Below are positions 10,261 to 20,909 of a stretch of DNA of 64,000 nucleotides, one piece after another. Under the pieces are notes generated by a model that saw nothing but the letters and a program-made list of their open reading frames with translations, was not told the origin of the DNA and ran no database searches. The position numbers and the translations under genes were made by a program. Position 1 is the stretch's first letter. Each line of letters opens with the position of its first letter. The stretch is from an uncultured delta proteobacterium (GTDB taxonomy: Bacteria; Myxococcota; Myxococcia; Myxococcales; Myxococcaceae): contig CAVYSY010000026.1 in NCBI GenBank assembly GCA_963771175.1, positions 128,001-192,000 on the forward strand, read 5' to 3'.

Positions 10261-12123
10261 GTGGGTTCAGCACGTCCATGGACATGGCTCGGAGTCCTGG
10301 CCGTGTGGGCCGGAGCGGCGGGAACGGCCCATGCGACCGAGACGGACCAGTACTTCGCGATCGCCAAGCGGCCGCGGGACTCGCTGAGCGCTCTCAACGA
10401 GAAGATCAATCGCGAGCTCCTGGGCGCCGTGGACCTCGTGAACCGGCAAGGGAACTGGGAGCGCGCCTCCTGCGAGGACGTCGCCCACGGCGTCTACCAG
10501 CGCTTCCGCATCTCGGGACTCCACAAGATCGAGCTCTGGGCGGAGCACTCGCCCCGCCTCGAGCGCGTGCCGTCCGATGAGGAGCATGGGCGCTTCAAGA
10601 ACAAGGACTCCATCTACCGCAACGGGCGCTTGTGGGACTGGGGCCTCACCTTCGGGGTGAAGGCGACGTTCAGCGTCGCCGGGGTTCACCTGGGCGCGGA
10701 CAAGCTCTCCCACTTCTTCCAGACGGGCTGGAAGTACGACAGGCGCTTCCGCGAATACATGAAGGAGGGAGTCCCCGAGCGTGAGGCGCTCGAGCGGCTG
10801 GTCCGCTACGGAGTGAAAACGGAGTCCGGTACGCTCGGCCTCGGGACGACGGGGGTCTTCTCGTTCGGCGACCTCGAGGCCAACTACCAGGGGTTCCTCT
10901 TCTATCGGAGCCTGTGCCAGGACGAGAACCCGCGGCTCCTGAAAACCTCCGAGGGCTGGCGGCTGACGCGTCCGTTCGACTGGCGCGAGTACGTCTCCCC
11001 ATGGCTCGACGAGACCTACAACAACTCCGCGTTCACGCCGAAGCGCTGGAGGGAAGTCCGGACCAATCTGCGGCGGGATTACTGTCCGAAGCTCGACAGT
11101 GATGCCTTCGTGGAGCACTACCAGCGTTACGCGCGTTACGCGGGCAGACCCGACGACTTCAACATCCGCTACGTCCGGGAACTGCTCGCCCGCGGAGAGG
11201 TGCCACGTCAGGAGGACTACTCCGTCTGGACGGCCTGCGACCGGAGTCGGCCGGACTTCGGCGTCGGCGGAGCGGAGGCCCTGGAAGGGAGCCCCGAGCC
11301 AGCGCCTCGGTACGAGACCCCGCGCTTCGACGAGCCGCTCCTCCGGCCCACGGGCGAATTCGGCGGAGGCGGGCGCCAGGGCGCCGGCTCCGACTGGGAA
11401 GTCCTGCTCCGGGTGCGGTTCGTGCTCCGCGAGACCGTGGTGCCGGAAGATGCGTGGGATGCGGTGCGGACCCCCGAGTACCTGCTCTGGGCCTCGCTCG
11501 ACGGGACGCTCGCGGCGGGCGGGCTCTTCCACGAAGCCACCCTGCCCCATGCCGACCTCCGCTTCACGCCCATGGAACGACGCTTCGAGCTGAACGACGC
11601 CTCCACGGGAGACACGCTGGCGGTCGGTGTGGCGTTCGCGCCAGTGCGACTCACACGGTTCCTGGAACTGGACCGGAAGCTGGGAGTCGAGGCCTCCGTC
11701 GCCGGAGTCCGAGGAAGACTGGGGACGCGACTCGGCGAGCGGCAGCGGGTGGGCGTGTTCGCGTCCCTGGCGCTGGAGGCGCTCGGGTACAAGGCGGCGC
11801 TCCCCCTCTCCGACGTGGGCACGTTCCAGGGGGTGCATGTCACCAGCCTGTCGCTCGAGGCCGGCGCGGAGCTGTGGCTCGGAGAGCGGCTCCGGCTCGG
11901 CATCGTCTCTGGCGGAAGCGCGGGGGTCGGCCTGGGGTGGAGCCACGACAGGAGTGGGCTCTCGTCCCTCTCGGACCTCAGGGCCTACGCCGAGGGGCAG
12001 GTGGACGTGACGAGGTTCTTCCGCCTGTTCGCCCGGGGCCAGCTCGACGCCCTCCTGGAGTCCGGGAGTGACCGGACCCGCTCCGCGCCGACCGTCCTCG
12101 CTGGCGCCGCGGTCCTGTTCTGA
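10261..12123 (+). CDS. Secreted/outer-membrane protein of unknown function (helical DKxxHF domain plus beta-rich C-terminus)
   Basis: Signal peptide ending AHA; GADKLSHFF ... SFGDLEANYQG; amphipathic beta-strands and terminal Phe. Confidence 0.75.
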   Translation: MGSARPWTWLGVLAVWAGAAGTAHATETDQYFAIAKRPRDSLSALNEKINRELLGAVDLVNRQGNWERASCEDVAHGVYQRFRISGLHKIELWAEHSPRLERVPSDEEHGRFKNKDSIYRNGRLWDWGLTFGVKATFSVAGVHLGADKLSHFFQTGWKYDRRFREYMKEGVPEREALERLVRYGVKTESGTLGLGTTGVFSFGDLEANYQGFLFYRSLCQDENPRLLKTSEGWRLTRPFDWREYVSPWLDETYNNSAFTPKRWREVRTNLRRDYCPKLDSDAFVEHYQRYARYAGRPDDFNIRYVRELLARGEVPRQEDYSVWTACDRSRPDFGVGGAEALEGSPEPAPRYETPRFDEPLLRPTGEFGGGGRQGAGSDWEVLLRVRFVLRETVVPEDAWDAVRTPEYLLWASLDGTLAAGGLFHEATLPHADLRFTPMERRFELNDASTGDTLAVGVAFAPVRLTRFLELDRKLGVEASVAGVRGRLGTRLGERQRVGVFASLALEALGYKAALPLSDVGTFQGVHVTSLSLEAGAELWLGERLRLGIVSGGSAGVGLGWSHDRSGLSSLSDLRAYAEGQVDVTRFFRLFARGQLDALLESGSDRTRSAPTVLAGAAVLF

Positions 12124-12255
12124 CCTGCCCCCGAGGATGGGAGAGGCAGGCATCCGCGAGCGGGCCCTCGCCGCGCCGCCTGCTCCAAACGCTTGTGGGT
12201 CCACACTTCGCGCACCAGCTTTGCTGTCGTCCAGCTGGCCACGGAGGGTTGGGAC

Positions 12256-12915
12256 ATGAGGATGCGGCGGTTCCTGTGGAGCACGGGGCTGTGGGCGGTC
12301 GTGGGGCTGGGCGTGGGCTGTGCCCATGACGAGGCGAAGCAGGCACGCGCTCAGGGCGAGAAGGTGGGCGAAGCCTTCGCGGAGAAGGTCCGCTTCGCCG
12401 ATCAGCTCTCCCTGCTGAACCAGGAGCAGATCGTCCTGGGCCAGATTGCCCTGCGGAACTCCAACGACCCGGAGGTGCGGCGCTTCGCCGAGGACCTCAT
12501 CCGAGACCACCAGAGGAACCAGGAGGATCTGAAGACGCTGGCCGAGGCCAAGGCCATGTCGCTTGCCGCGGTGAACCTGTCCACGCAGGACATAGCCACC
12601 GGCGGCGCGGGCCCCGAAGGCGCTCAGCGGGGCATGGAGAAGGGGGACGAGGAGTACAACAAGAAATACGACAAGCAGGTGATGGAGTTCCTCGAGAAGC
12701 GCAACTCGCTGTCGGGCCTGAGCGGCCGCGAGTTCGACAAGGCCTTCCTGGCGGAGGTGAAGAAGGGCCAGCAGCGGGGCGAGAAGCTCATCGACGAGGG
12801 CTTGGACGACTACCCCGATGACACGACACTGGCCATGTTCCTCGGAAGGACCTCGCCGGTGATCGACAGCCACCAGCAGCGGCTCGAGACCTTGCGGGGC
12901 TTCATCGGAGACTGA
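12256..12915 (+). CDS. DUF4142-family lipoprotein
   Basis: Lipobox GVGC; EIVLGQIAL..SNDPEVRRFAEDLIRDH and LSGREFDKAFL pattern; GGAGGG Shine-Dalgarno. Confidence 0.75.
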   Translation: MRMRRFLWSTGLWAVVGLGVGCAHDEAKQARAQGEKVGEAFAEKVRFADQLSLLNQEQIVLGQIALRNSNDPEVRRFAEDLIRDHQRNQEDLKTLAEAKAMSLAAVNLSTQDIATGGAGPEGAQRGMEKGDEEYNKKYDKQVMEFLEKRNSLSGLSGREFDKAFLAEVKKGQQRGEKLIDEGLDDYPDDTTLAMFLGRTSPVIDSHQQRLETLRGFIGD

Positions 12916-13007
12916 GCGTCCGTGGCCGGGCAGAGCCCGACCAGCGTGTCGTCCGCGAGGTGCTCCATCAGGAGAGGGCGGAATCTCAGGGTCGATGGAG
13001 GTTCACC

Positions 13008-13412
13008 ATGGCTGACGTGCTCACACAGATGTGGCGGGAGATCGTCGAGCGCCCCGACGGGCCGATGGCGTTCCGCTTCTACCTCCAACCGCTGATGGCG
13101 ATGCTGTTCGCCGTGCGCGACGGCATCAAGGACGCGCGTGAGGGACGGCCCGCCTACTTCTGGGCGCTTTTCACGGACAAGCCGCACCGGAGTGAGTTGC
13201 TGCGCTCTGGATGGAGCTCGGTCGGGAAGATCTTCATCCTCGCGCTCGTGCTCGACACGGTCTATCAACTCCTCGTGTTCAGGGGGCTGCGGCCAATCCA
13301 AGGCCTGCTCATGTCCGTGCTCCTGGCCCTCGTGCCGTACGTGCTGCTCCGCGGCCCGGTGAACCGGCTCGCTCGCGCCCTCCTCCACCGCCGGGCCAGC
13401 GGACAGGGGTGA
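13008..13412 (+). CDS. Conserved hypothetical membrane protein
   Basis: GGAGG Shine-Dalgarno; R..GPMAFRFYLQP motif; hydrophobic helices; ends YVLLRGPVNR. Confidence 0.75.
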   Translation: MADVLTQMWREIVERPDGPMAFRFYLQPLMAMLFAVRDGIKDAREGRPAYFWALFTDKPHRSELLRSGWSSVGKIFILALVLDTVYQLLVFRGLRPIQGLLMSVLLALVPYVLLRGPVNRLARALLHRRASGQG

Positions 13413-13484
13413 CCTTGTTTTCGCCTCCGAGAGCGCGGGGCCTGGGGCCGCCCGCCGGATGACGGGCGGCCCCACTCCGTCAGC

Positions 13485-15186
13485 TCAGGGGTGTGCCTGC
13501 TGGAAGCGGGCGATGGCGTGCTCGACCTCATCGGCGAAGTGATGAATCGCCTCGCCGACGTTCGTGGTAGCGCCTGCCTTCCGCGCGCCCTCGCGCTGCG
13601 CCATCATCTCCTTCACCTTCTGCTTCACCTCCTCCTTGAGGGGCCCGATGCCGAGGCTGCCCGGCGCCTGGCTGGGTGGGTACTCGATGAGGCTCTCGGC
13701 GAACTGCCGGACGACCATCTGCCCCGGCACGAAGAGGAAGATCCGCTCGCCGTACCAGCGGGTGTAGAGCCCCGAGTTCGTGGCGTACTCGAACGGATCC
13801 GAGCGCACGTTGATGATGTAGGGCCAGGCGGGGTTGAAGCGCTTGCCGCTGAACCACATGTCCGGCCCCTCACCGTCCTGGTAGCTGAAGATGAGCTTCC
13901 AGTCGTCGTAGCGGACGGCGGCGAGGTCGCCGCTGTCGAGCACGTAGATGAACTCATGGCGCTTGCCGGCACCCTTGCCAGCGAGCACGTCTCGCTGCTC
14001 GTAGCCGTCGAGGTGCACGCGGAACTTCTTGGAGCCCACCTGGTGGCCCTGCTTGCACCGCTCGACCAGGTTCTCGGGGCCGCCCGCGGCCGCCACGAGA
14101 GTCGGCATCCAGTCCTCGTGAGCGAAGATGTCGTTGATGACGGTCCCCGGCTGGATGACGCCCGGCCAGCGGACGAGGCAGGGGACACGGACGCCGCCCT
14201 CCCAGGTCGAGCCCTTCTCCCCCCGGAACGGGCGCGTTGCCGCCATCGGGCCAGCTCATCTTCTCCACGCCGTTGTCGGTGGAGAAGACGACGAGGGTGT
14301 TGTCGGCGATGCCCAGCTCCTCGAGCTTGGCGAGCAGCATGCCCACGTGGTCATCGAGCTCGGCCATGGCGTCGGCGTAGAGGCCCTTGCCCGTCTTGTT
14401 CCGGTACTTTTCCTGGAGGAACGTCCACACGTGGGTGCGCGTGGTGTTGTGCCAGACGAAGAAGGGCTTGCCCTCCTTCGCCGCCCGCTCGATGAAGTTC
14501 AGCGAGGAGGCCATGAACTCCTCGTCGACGGTCTCCATGCGCTTCTGGGTGAGCGGTCCGGTGTCCTCGATGCGCTGCCTGCCCACGCGGCCCCAGCGCG
14601 GCTCCTCGGTGGGGTCGTCCCGGTCCGTCGCCCAGCAGTGGAGCACGCCGCGCGGTCCGAACTGCTCCTTGAACGTCGGGTCCTTCGGGTAGTCGGGGCA
14701 CTCCGGCTCGTTCTCGGCGTTGAGGTGGTAGAGGTTGCCGTGGAACTCGTCGAAGCCGTGCACGGTGGGCAGGTAGGGGTTGGAGTCGCCCAGGTGGTTC
14801 TTGCCGAACTGGCCGCACACGTAGCCCAGGGGCTTGAGCATCTCGGCGATGGTGGGGTCCGAGTCCTGCAGCCCGTAGGCGGCGCCGGGCATGCCGATGG
14901 TGGTGAGCCCGGTGCGCAGCGGATTCATGCCGGTGATGAAGGCGGCCCGGCCCGCCGTGCAGCTCTGCTGCCCGTAGCAGTCCGTGAGCAGCGCCCCCTC
15001 CTTCGCGATGCGGTCGATGTTCGGGGTGCGGTAGCCCATCATCCCCTGGTTGTAGGCGCTGACGTTCCAGTACCCGATGTCGTCTCCCCAGATGACGAGG
15101 ATGTTGGGCTGCCTGCGCTCACCCTTCTTGCCATGGCCGTTGCCCGTCTTCGAGTGGCCATTGCCCGTCTTCTTGCGGTGCGGCAT
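13485..15186 (-). CDS. Arylsulfatase (Cys-type, formylglycine-dependent), frameshift near 14235
   Basis: PNILVIWGDDIG, SCTAGRAAFITG, GKNHLG, STDNG, (P)FRGEKGSTWEGGVRVP. Confidence 0.92.
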
Positions 15187-15425
15187 GTGCTGCGCCCTCC
15201 TTCGTGGGAACGATTGAATGGGTGTCCATCCCGAGCACCGCCGTGCAACGAGGAGGCGAGCGGCGGCAAGTCGACGCCCGCGCCCTGTCCTCCGGGGAGG
15301 GACGAGCGGCACGCCGTGAACACGTCCCTCGGCCCGACATGCCGAGTGCCCCTCCGCCGGACGGTCCCCAGCTTGCACCTTCGCGAGGAGCGTCAGCCCC
15401 ACGTACGGAACAAGGGAGAACACCC

Positions 15426-16436
15426 ATGAGCTCGGAAGTCCGTGGAGAAGCCACGGCGCTGGAGACGAAGTCCCAGGAGGAGCCCGCGCCGCGGGAGGCT
15501 CCGTTCCCGGACATGGTGTGGATTCCCGGTGGCACCTACTGGATGGGCTCGGACAACCACTACCCGGAGGAGAAGCCCGTCCACCAGGTGACGGTGACCG
15601 GCTTCTGGATGGACATCCATCTGGTGACGAACGCGCAGTTCGCCCGCTTCGTGGAAGCCACCGGCTACGTCACCGTGGCCGAGCGCCCGCTGGACCCGAA
15701 GGACTACCCGGGGGCGGATCCGGCGCTGCTCGTCCCCGGCTCGCTCGTCTTCCGCAAGCCCGGCCAGCGCGTCAGCCTGGACGACTTCACCCAGTGGTGG
15801 GCCTACGTGCCGGGTGCCTGCTGGAGACACCCCGAGGGCCCCGACAGCACGTGGGAGGGACGCGAGCAGCACCCGGTCGTCCACGTGGCCTTCGAGGACG
15901 TGGAGGCCTACGCCACCTGGGCCGGCAAGGAGCTGGCCACCGAGGCCGAGTGGGAGCGCGCCGCGCGCGGGGGCCTGGACCGGAAGATATACGCCTGGGG
16001 AGACCTGCTCTCGCCCGAGGGCCGGATGATGGCCAACACCTGGCAGGGACAGTTCCCCATGCAGAACCTGCTCGAGGACGGCTACGAGGGGACCTCCCCC
16101 GTGGGCGCCTTCCCCGCCAATGGCTATGGCGTCCACGACCTCATCGGCAACGTGTGGGAATGGACCACGGACTGGTACCAGGACCGGCACCAGGGCAACC
16201 GCGGCAAGGCCTGCTGCATCCCCACCAACCCGCGCGGGCCGGCCCGCCCCGAGGGGAGCCAGGACCCTCGAACGCCCCAGGTGAGCATCCCGCGGCGGGT
16301 GCTCAAGGGGGGCAGCCACCTGTGCGCCCCCAACTACTGCCTGCGCTACCGCCCCGCCGCGCGCTCCCCGCAGGCCGTGGACAGCGGCTCCGGCCACATC
16401 GGCTTCCGCTGCATCGTCCGTCCTCCCTTCCAGTGA
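15426..16436 (+). CDS. Formylglycine-generating enzyme (SUMF1/FGE family)
   Basis: HPVVHV, TEAEWERAARGG, GNVWEW, KGGSHLCAPNYCLRYRPAAR (catalytic CxxxxC), HIGFRC. Confidence 0.93.
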   Translation: MSSEVRGEATALETKSQEEPAPREAPFPDMVWIPGGTYWMGSDNHYPEEKPVHQVTVTGFWMDIHLVTNAQFARFVEATGYVTVAERPLDPKDYPGADPALLVPGSLVFRKPGQRVSLDDFTQWWAYVPGACWRHPEGPDSTWEGREQHPVVHVAFEDVEAYATWAGKELATEAEWERAARGGLDRKIYAWGDLLSPEGRMMANTWQGQFPMQNLLEDGYEGTSPVGAFPANGYGVHDLIGNVWEWTTDWYQDRHQGNRGKACCIPTNPRGPARPEGSQDPRTPQVSIPRRVLKGGSHLCAPNYCLRYRPAARSPQAVDSGSGHIGFRCIVRPPFQ

Positions 16437-16478
16437 GCCGGACGGAGGGCACGGCCACGAGCACCGGTGGCCGCGTCC

Positions 16479-17207
16479 TCAGTGCACCGCCGGAGGCGCG
16501 GGGGGAGCACCGGCCGGGGGCTGCCCGGCGGCTTCTGGGTACAGGGCCAGGAACCGGCGCACCGCCTCGCCCACGGTGGGGTGGACGTTCTCCGGGCCGA
16601 TGCTCTCCATCAGCCCCGTGCGCCGCAACAGCTCCCTCAGCGGGGCCTTGGCCTGGGCGATGGCCAGCACCACCCCCTCCTCCTCCAGTTCCACCCGCAG
16701 GCTCTCCAGTCCCTCGGCCGCGGTGACGTCGAGGTCGAAGACGGCGGCGGTATCCACGAGGAACCACTTCACCGGGAAGTGCGCCCCGGCCACCAGGGCC
16801 CGGGCCTGCTCTCGCAGGTGCCGCACGTTGGCGAAGAAGAGCGGCGCGTCGAATTGGAGAGGAAGTCCGCGAGCCCGCCCGCCTTGACCAGCCCGCCCAC
16901 GAGGCTGATGACGCCCACCATGAGTGCCAGGAGCGCGGCCAGCGCGGCATAGCGCGCCGGGGAGGTGTCGGGAGGCTCCAAACAGTGCGTAGGCCAGCAT
17001 GGCGAAGATGCCCGCGTAGAGCCCCGCCACCGGGCGCACGCCGACAATCTGCGCGTAGGCGAGTCCCTGGGGGATGAGCATCGCGCTGAGGGTGAGCGCG
17101 GAGAGGAAGTCCGCGCGAAGCCACCGGCGCGGGTAGGTGCGCGCCAGCCGCAGGCCGGGGACGACCCGTTGCACCATCTGCCAGACCCCCGAGCGCTCCT
17201 TCTCCAC
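16479..17207 (-). pseudogene. SulP/SLC26 sulfate permease remnant with large internal deletions
   Basis: SulP N-terminus (IPQGLAYAQIVGVRPVAGLY..YALFGASRH), a short TM piece in another frame, then the STAS domain (FDAPLFFAN..DVTA). Most of the TM core is absent. Confidence 0.85.
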
Positions 17208-17449
17208 GTCGTCCTCCCCTCATGGCCCCAGGGGCACCCCGAACGTGGGGCGTCCCTCCTCGCGCCGGCAAGGAGAGGACCGCTGAACCCCCGGCCCTCA
17301 CCCCGCGGGGCTGTCCGAGCGGGCGGGGCAAGCCCAGTCCTCGCGCGGCTTCAGGCGGTCGAGCGAGCTCCGACTGCGGCGCTGGCGCGCCCGCGCATCC
17401 GTCGTCAACCTCATCGATGAGCGAATAAGACTCGCGGAGGGCTGAATCG

Positions 17450-19290
17450 ATGACGGAACGCACCATTCAGAGAGAGAAGGTCAAAGAGCCCGGCAGGCCA
17501 GTTCAGCCTGGGGTCCAGGCGCAACGCCGGATCGAGGATCACGCGCTCATCGGCAACTTGCGCTCGGCGGCGCTGGTCACCAAGGACGGGACGATCGACT
17601 GGTTGTGTCTGCCGGACTTCGACTCGGACGCCTGCTTCGCGAGTCTGCTCGGGACGCCGGCGAACGGCGAGTGGTCGATCGCGCCGAAGGAGCCCACCCG
17701 CAAGGTCGAACGCCGCTACCGGAAGGACACCCTGATCCTGGAGACGGACTTCACCTGCGACTCTGGGGTTGTCCGGTTGATCGACTTCATGCCTGTCCAT
17801 CAAGAGTTTCCCAGGCTCGTCCGGACGATCGTGGGGCTGAAGGGGAAGGTGGCGGTGCACTCGGAGCTGACGCCGCGCTTCGCCTTCGGCCGCTCCGTCC
17901 CCCGGGTGGAGAGCGCGGATGGCGCGCTCAGGGCGTTCGCCGGTCCGGACGCGTTGTTCCTCCGGCGTTCGGATCGGGACTCCGCGCCCCCGCTGGTGTC
18001 GGACGTCCAGGTCAGCGAGGGCCAGCGAATCTCCTGGGTGCTGAGCTGGAACTACTCGTGGCTGGATCAGGCCCCGCCGCGCCTGGACGCGGACGAGGCC
18101 GAGCGGGACACCGAGCACTTCTGGATCGGCTGGGTCTCGAAGATCATCCCGCCGCCAAGGTACCGCGACGCGGTGGTCCGGTCGTTGATCACCATCAAGG
18201 CCTGCACCTACGAGAGCACCGGAGGGATCGTGGCCGCGCCCACCACCTCGCTCCCGGAGACGCCGGGAGGCGAGCGCAACTGGGACTACCGCTTCACGTG
18301 GCTGCGCGACGCGGTGCTCGCGCGTCAACGCGTTGACGCGCGCGGGCTTGAGGGACGAGGCGGTGTCCTTCAGGAAGTGGGTGATGCGCGCGATCGCGGG
18401 AGATCCCGCGCAGATGCAGATCATGTACGGAATCCGCGGCGAGCGCCGCCTCACGGAAGCCGAGCTCGGCTGGCTCGACGGCTACGGCGGCGCGAAGCCG
18501 GTGCGCATCGGAAACGGGGCTTACGATCAGTTCCAGCTCGACGTGCTCGGCGAGGTGTCCGTGGTGGTCTACGCGGGCGCGAAGTACTACGGCGAGGTCG
18601 GCCCCGTCGCGCAGCGCGCGCTGCTCAACGTCGCCGAGCAGACGATGAAGGTTTGGAGGAATCCCGACAAGGGCATCTGGGAGATGCGCGGGCCGGACCG
18701 TCACTTCATCGCCTCCAAGGTGGCCGCGTGGACGGCGATCGACCGGGCGATCAAGGCCGCGGACGAGACGAAGCTGACGGCCCCGATGGAGCAGCTGCTC
18801 GAGACACGGGAGGCGATCTTCGACGAGGTCTGCACCCGAGGGGTTCGATCCCGAGCTGAACAGCTTCGTGCAGTACTACGGCGGCAAGCAGATGGACGCG
18901 AGCCTGCTCTACATCCCGCTGTCCGGGTTCCTTCCCGCGACGGATCCGCGAGTGGTGGGCACGGTGGCGATGATTGAGCGCGAGCTGCTCCAGGACGGGC
19001 TGGTGCTCCGCTTCAAGCCGGACGCCACCGGCTCGGTGGACGGGCTCAGCGGGGAGGAGGGCACCTTCCTCGCGTGCTCGTTCTGGCTCGCCGACACGTA
19101 CCAGATGATGGGGCGCTTCGAGGATGCCCGGCGGCTGTTCGAGATGCTGCTGTCGTTGAGCAACGACGTGGGCCTGCTCGCCGAGGAGTACATGCCGAAG
19201 CTGCACGCGCAGATCGGCAACTTCCCGCAGGCGTTCAGCCACTTCTCGCTGGTCAACGCGGCCTACATCATCACCGAGTCGCGCGCCTAG
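17450..19290 (+). CDS. Glycoside hydrolase family 15 (trehalase/glucoamylase-like), frameshifts near 18325 and 18845
   Basis: IEDHALIGN..DGTIDWLC, AAPTTSLPE..GGERNWDYRFTWLRD, QLDVLGE, EGTFLACSFW, GLLAEE, GNFPQAFSH. Confidence 0.9.
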
Positions 19291-19348
19291 AACCCGGCGA
19301 TGCGAGGTGCGTCGCCGAACGGGGCGCCGCAGGTTGACGCGGCATCGC

Positions 19349-19950
19349 ATGGATGCGCTTGCCGCGCTCGACTTCCAGCTCTTCCGCCCCTGGTCCGGCA
19401 CGGGAACCCGCGCCGGGGGAGGGGCCTTCTTGGCCCGCGTGGCCCGCTCCACCTCGTCCACGCCTCCACACTCCTGGGCCGGGCGGCGAGGTGGTCGGCC
19501 GCGTCCCGCGGCGCTACCCGCGGTCAACGCGACACAGGCACGGGAGGAGCTACCGAGTCACGTTAGCCTCCTGACTCTGGAGGTTGCCCCAGCCGTGAGA
19601 GCGCCGCACGACAGACTGCCCGTGCCCGGGGACATGGTGGGCCTGTACCGCGTGGTGGCCCCGCTGGGCCGAGGCGGCCAGGGTTACGTCTACCTGGCCG
19701 AGTGCGCCGGACGCCACTTCGTCCTCAAGTTCTTCGAGGCCCACCCGGCGAGCCCCTGGGGCGAGCTGGAGATCGACATCCTGCGCCACCTCGAGCACCC
19801 CAACGTGGTGCGGGTACTGGGCTACGGCCGATGGCCGGACCCGGAGCGAGGCTTCCTCTACATCGCCATGGAGTATGTGGAGGGCCTGACGCTGGAGGCG
19901 CACGCCCTGGAGCACAACCCCTCGGCGCGCCGGGCCGCCCCCCTGCTGCG
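19349..19950 (+). pseudogene. Ser/Thr kinase N-lobe fragment
   Basis: LGRGGQGYVY, VLK, LEHPNVVRV, IAMEYVEG; ends before the HRD and DFG motifs. Confidence 0.8.
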
Positions 19951-20844
19951 GACGTGGTCATCCTCGCCGTCGGTGGCCACTCGGCGTGGTTCGGTCACGA
20001 CGTCACCGAGGGAGAGGGCCGCGACACCGCGAATATCGACCTGCCGGCGCAGCAGGTGGAGCTCATCCAGGCCGTGACTGAAGCCGGCAAACCGGTCGTC
20101 GCCGTCGTGTCGATGGGACATCCGTATGGACTCGCCGCGGTCATCGACCGTCTCCCGGCCGTGCTCACCGCCTACTACGGGGGACCGCACCACGGAGCCG
20201 CGCTCGCGGATGCACTCTTCGGTGTCACGAATCCTGGAGGAAAGCTGCCGTTCACGCTCCCACGGCACGTCGGGCAGGTGCCAATCCACCACGGCCAGAA
20301 GACGGGCAGTGGGTACCGGCGGACCGCCGCCGACATCCACAAGGGCTACCTCGACATGCCGTCCACCCCGCTGTTCGCCTTCGGCCACGGCCTCGGCTAC
20401 ACGACGTTCGACTACGGCCCGCTGAAGCTGGAGAGCGACACCGTCGACGTGAACGGCGAGCTTCGGCTGTCCCTCTCCGTTACCAATACGGGCAGTCGGC
20501 GTGGGACGGAGGTCGTGCAGCTCTATGCCGCCGACACGGCCACGGGCGTAACGCTCCCCGCGCAGCAGCTCATCGGGTTCGCCCGGCTCGACCTGGAGCC
20601 GGGTGAATCGGAGACCGTCGCGTTCGGGGTGCCCATGAGCCTGCTCGGCTACACGGGGCTCTCCGGCGACTTCGTCATCGAGCCCGGTCCGGTGGACGTG
20701 AGCGCGGCAGCAGCTCGAGTGACATCCGCTCCAGCGCCACGTTCACGGTCATCGGGAAGCACGCGCACCATCAAGGCTGAGGAACGCGCGTTCCTCTCCG
20801 TCGCGACAATCGGCCCGTTGGGTGGTTCCGCCACACTGCACTGA
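19945..20844 (+). pseudogene. GH3 beta-glucosidase/xylosidase C-terminal fragment with FnIII-like domain
   Basis: ADVVILAVGG..EGEGRD..LPAQQ, NPGGKLPFT, PLFAFGHGLGYTTF, GTEVVQLY. No N-terminal catalytic barrel and no start of its own. Confidence 0.85.
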
Positions 20845-20909
20845 GGAGGGAGTTCCGAATCCGGAAGAGAAAGGCACACAAAAAGACAGGGAGGAACGCC
20901 GGCCTCCGC

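Noticed and set aside
19702..20844. 380-aa ORF as an intact GH3 or a functional kinase-GH3 fusion
   Set aside because: Its first 80 or so residues are an off-frame reading of the kinase, and both catalytic cores are missing.
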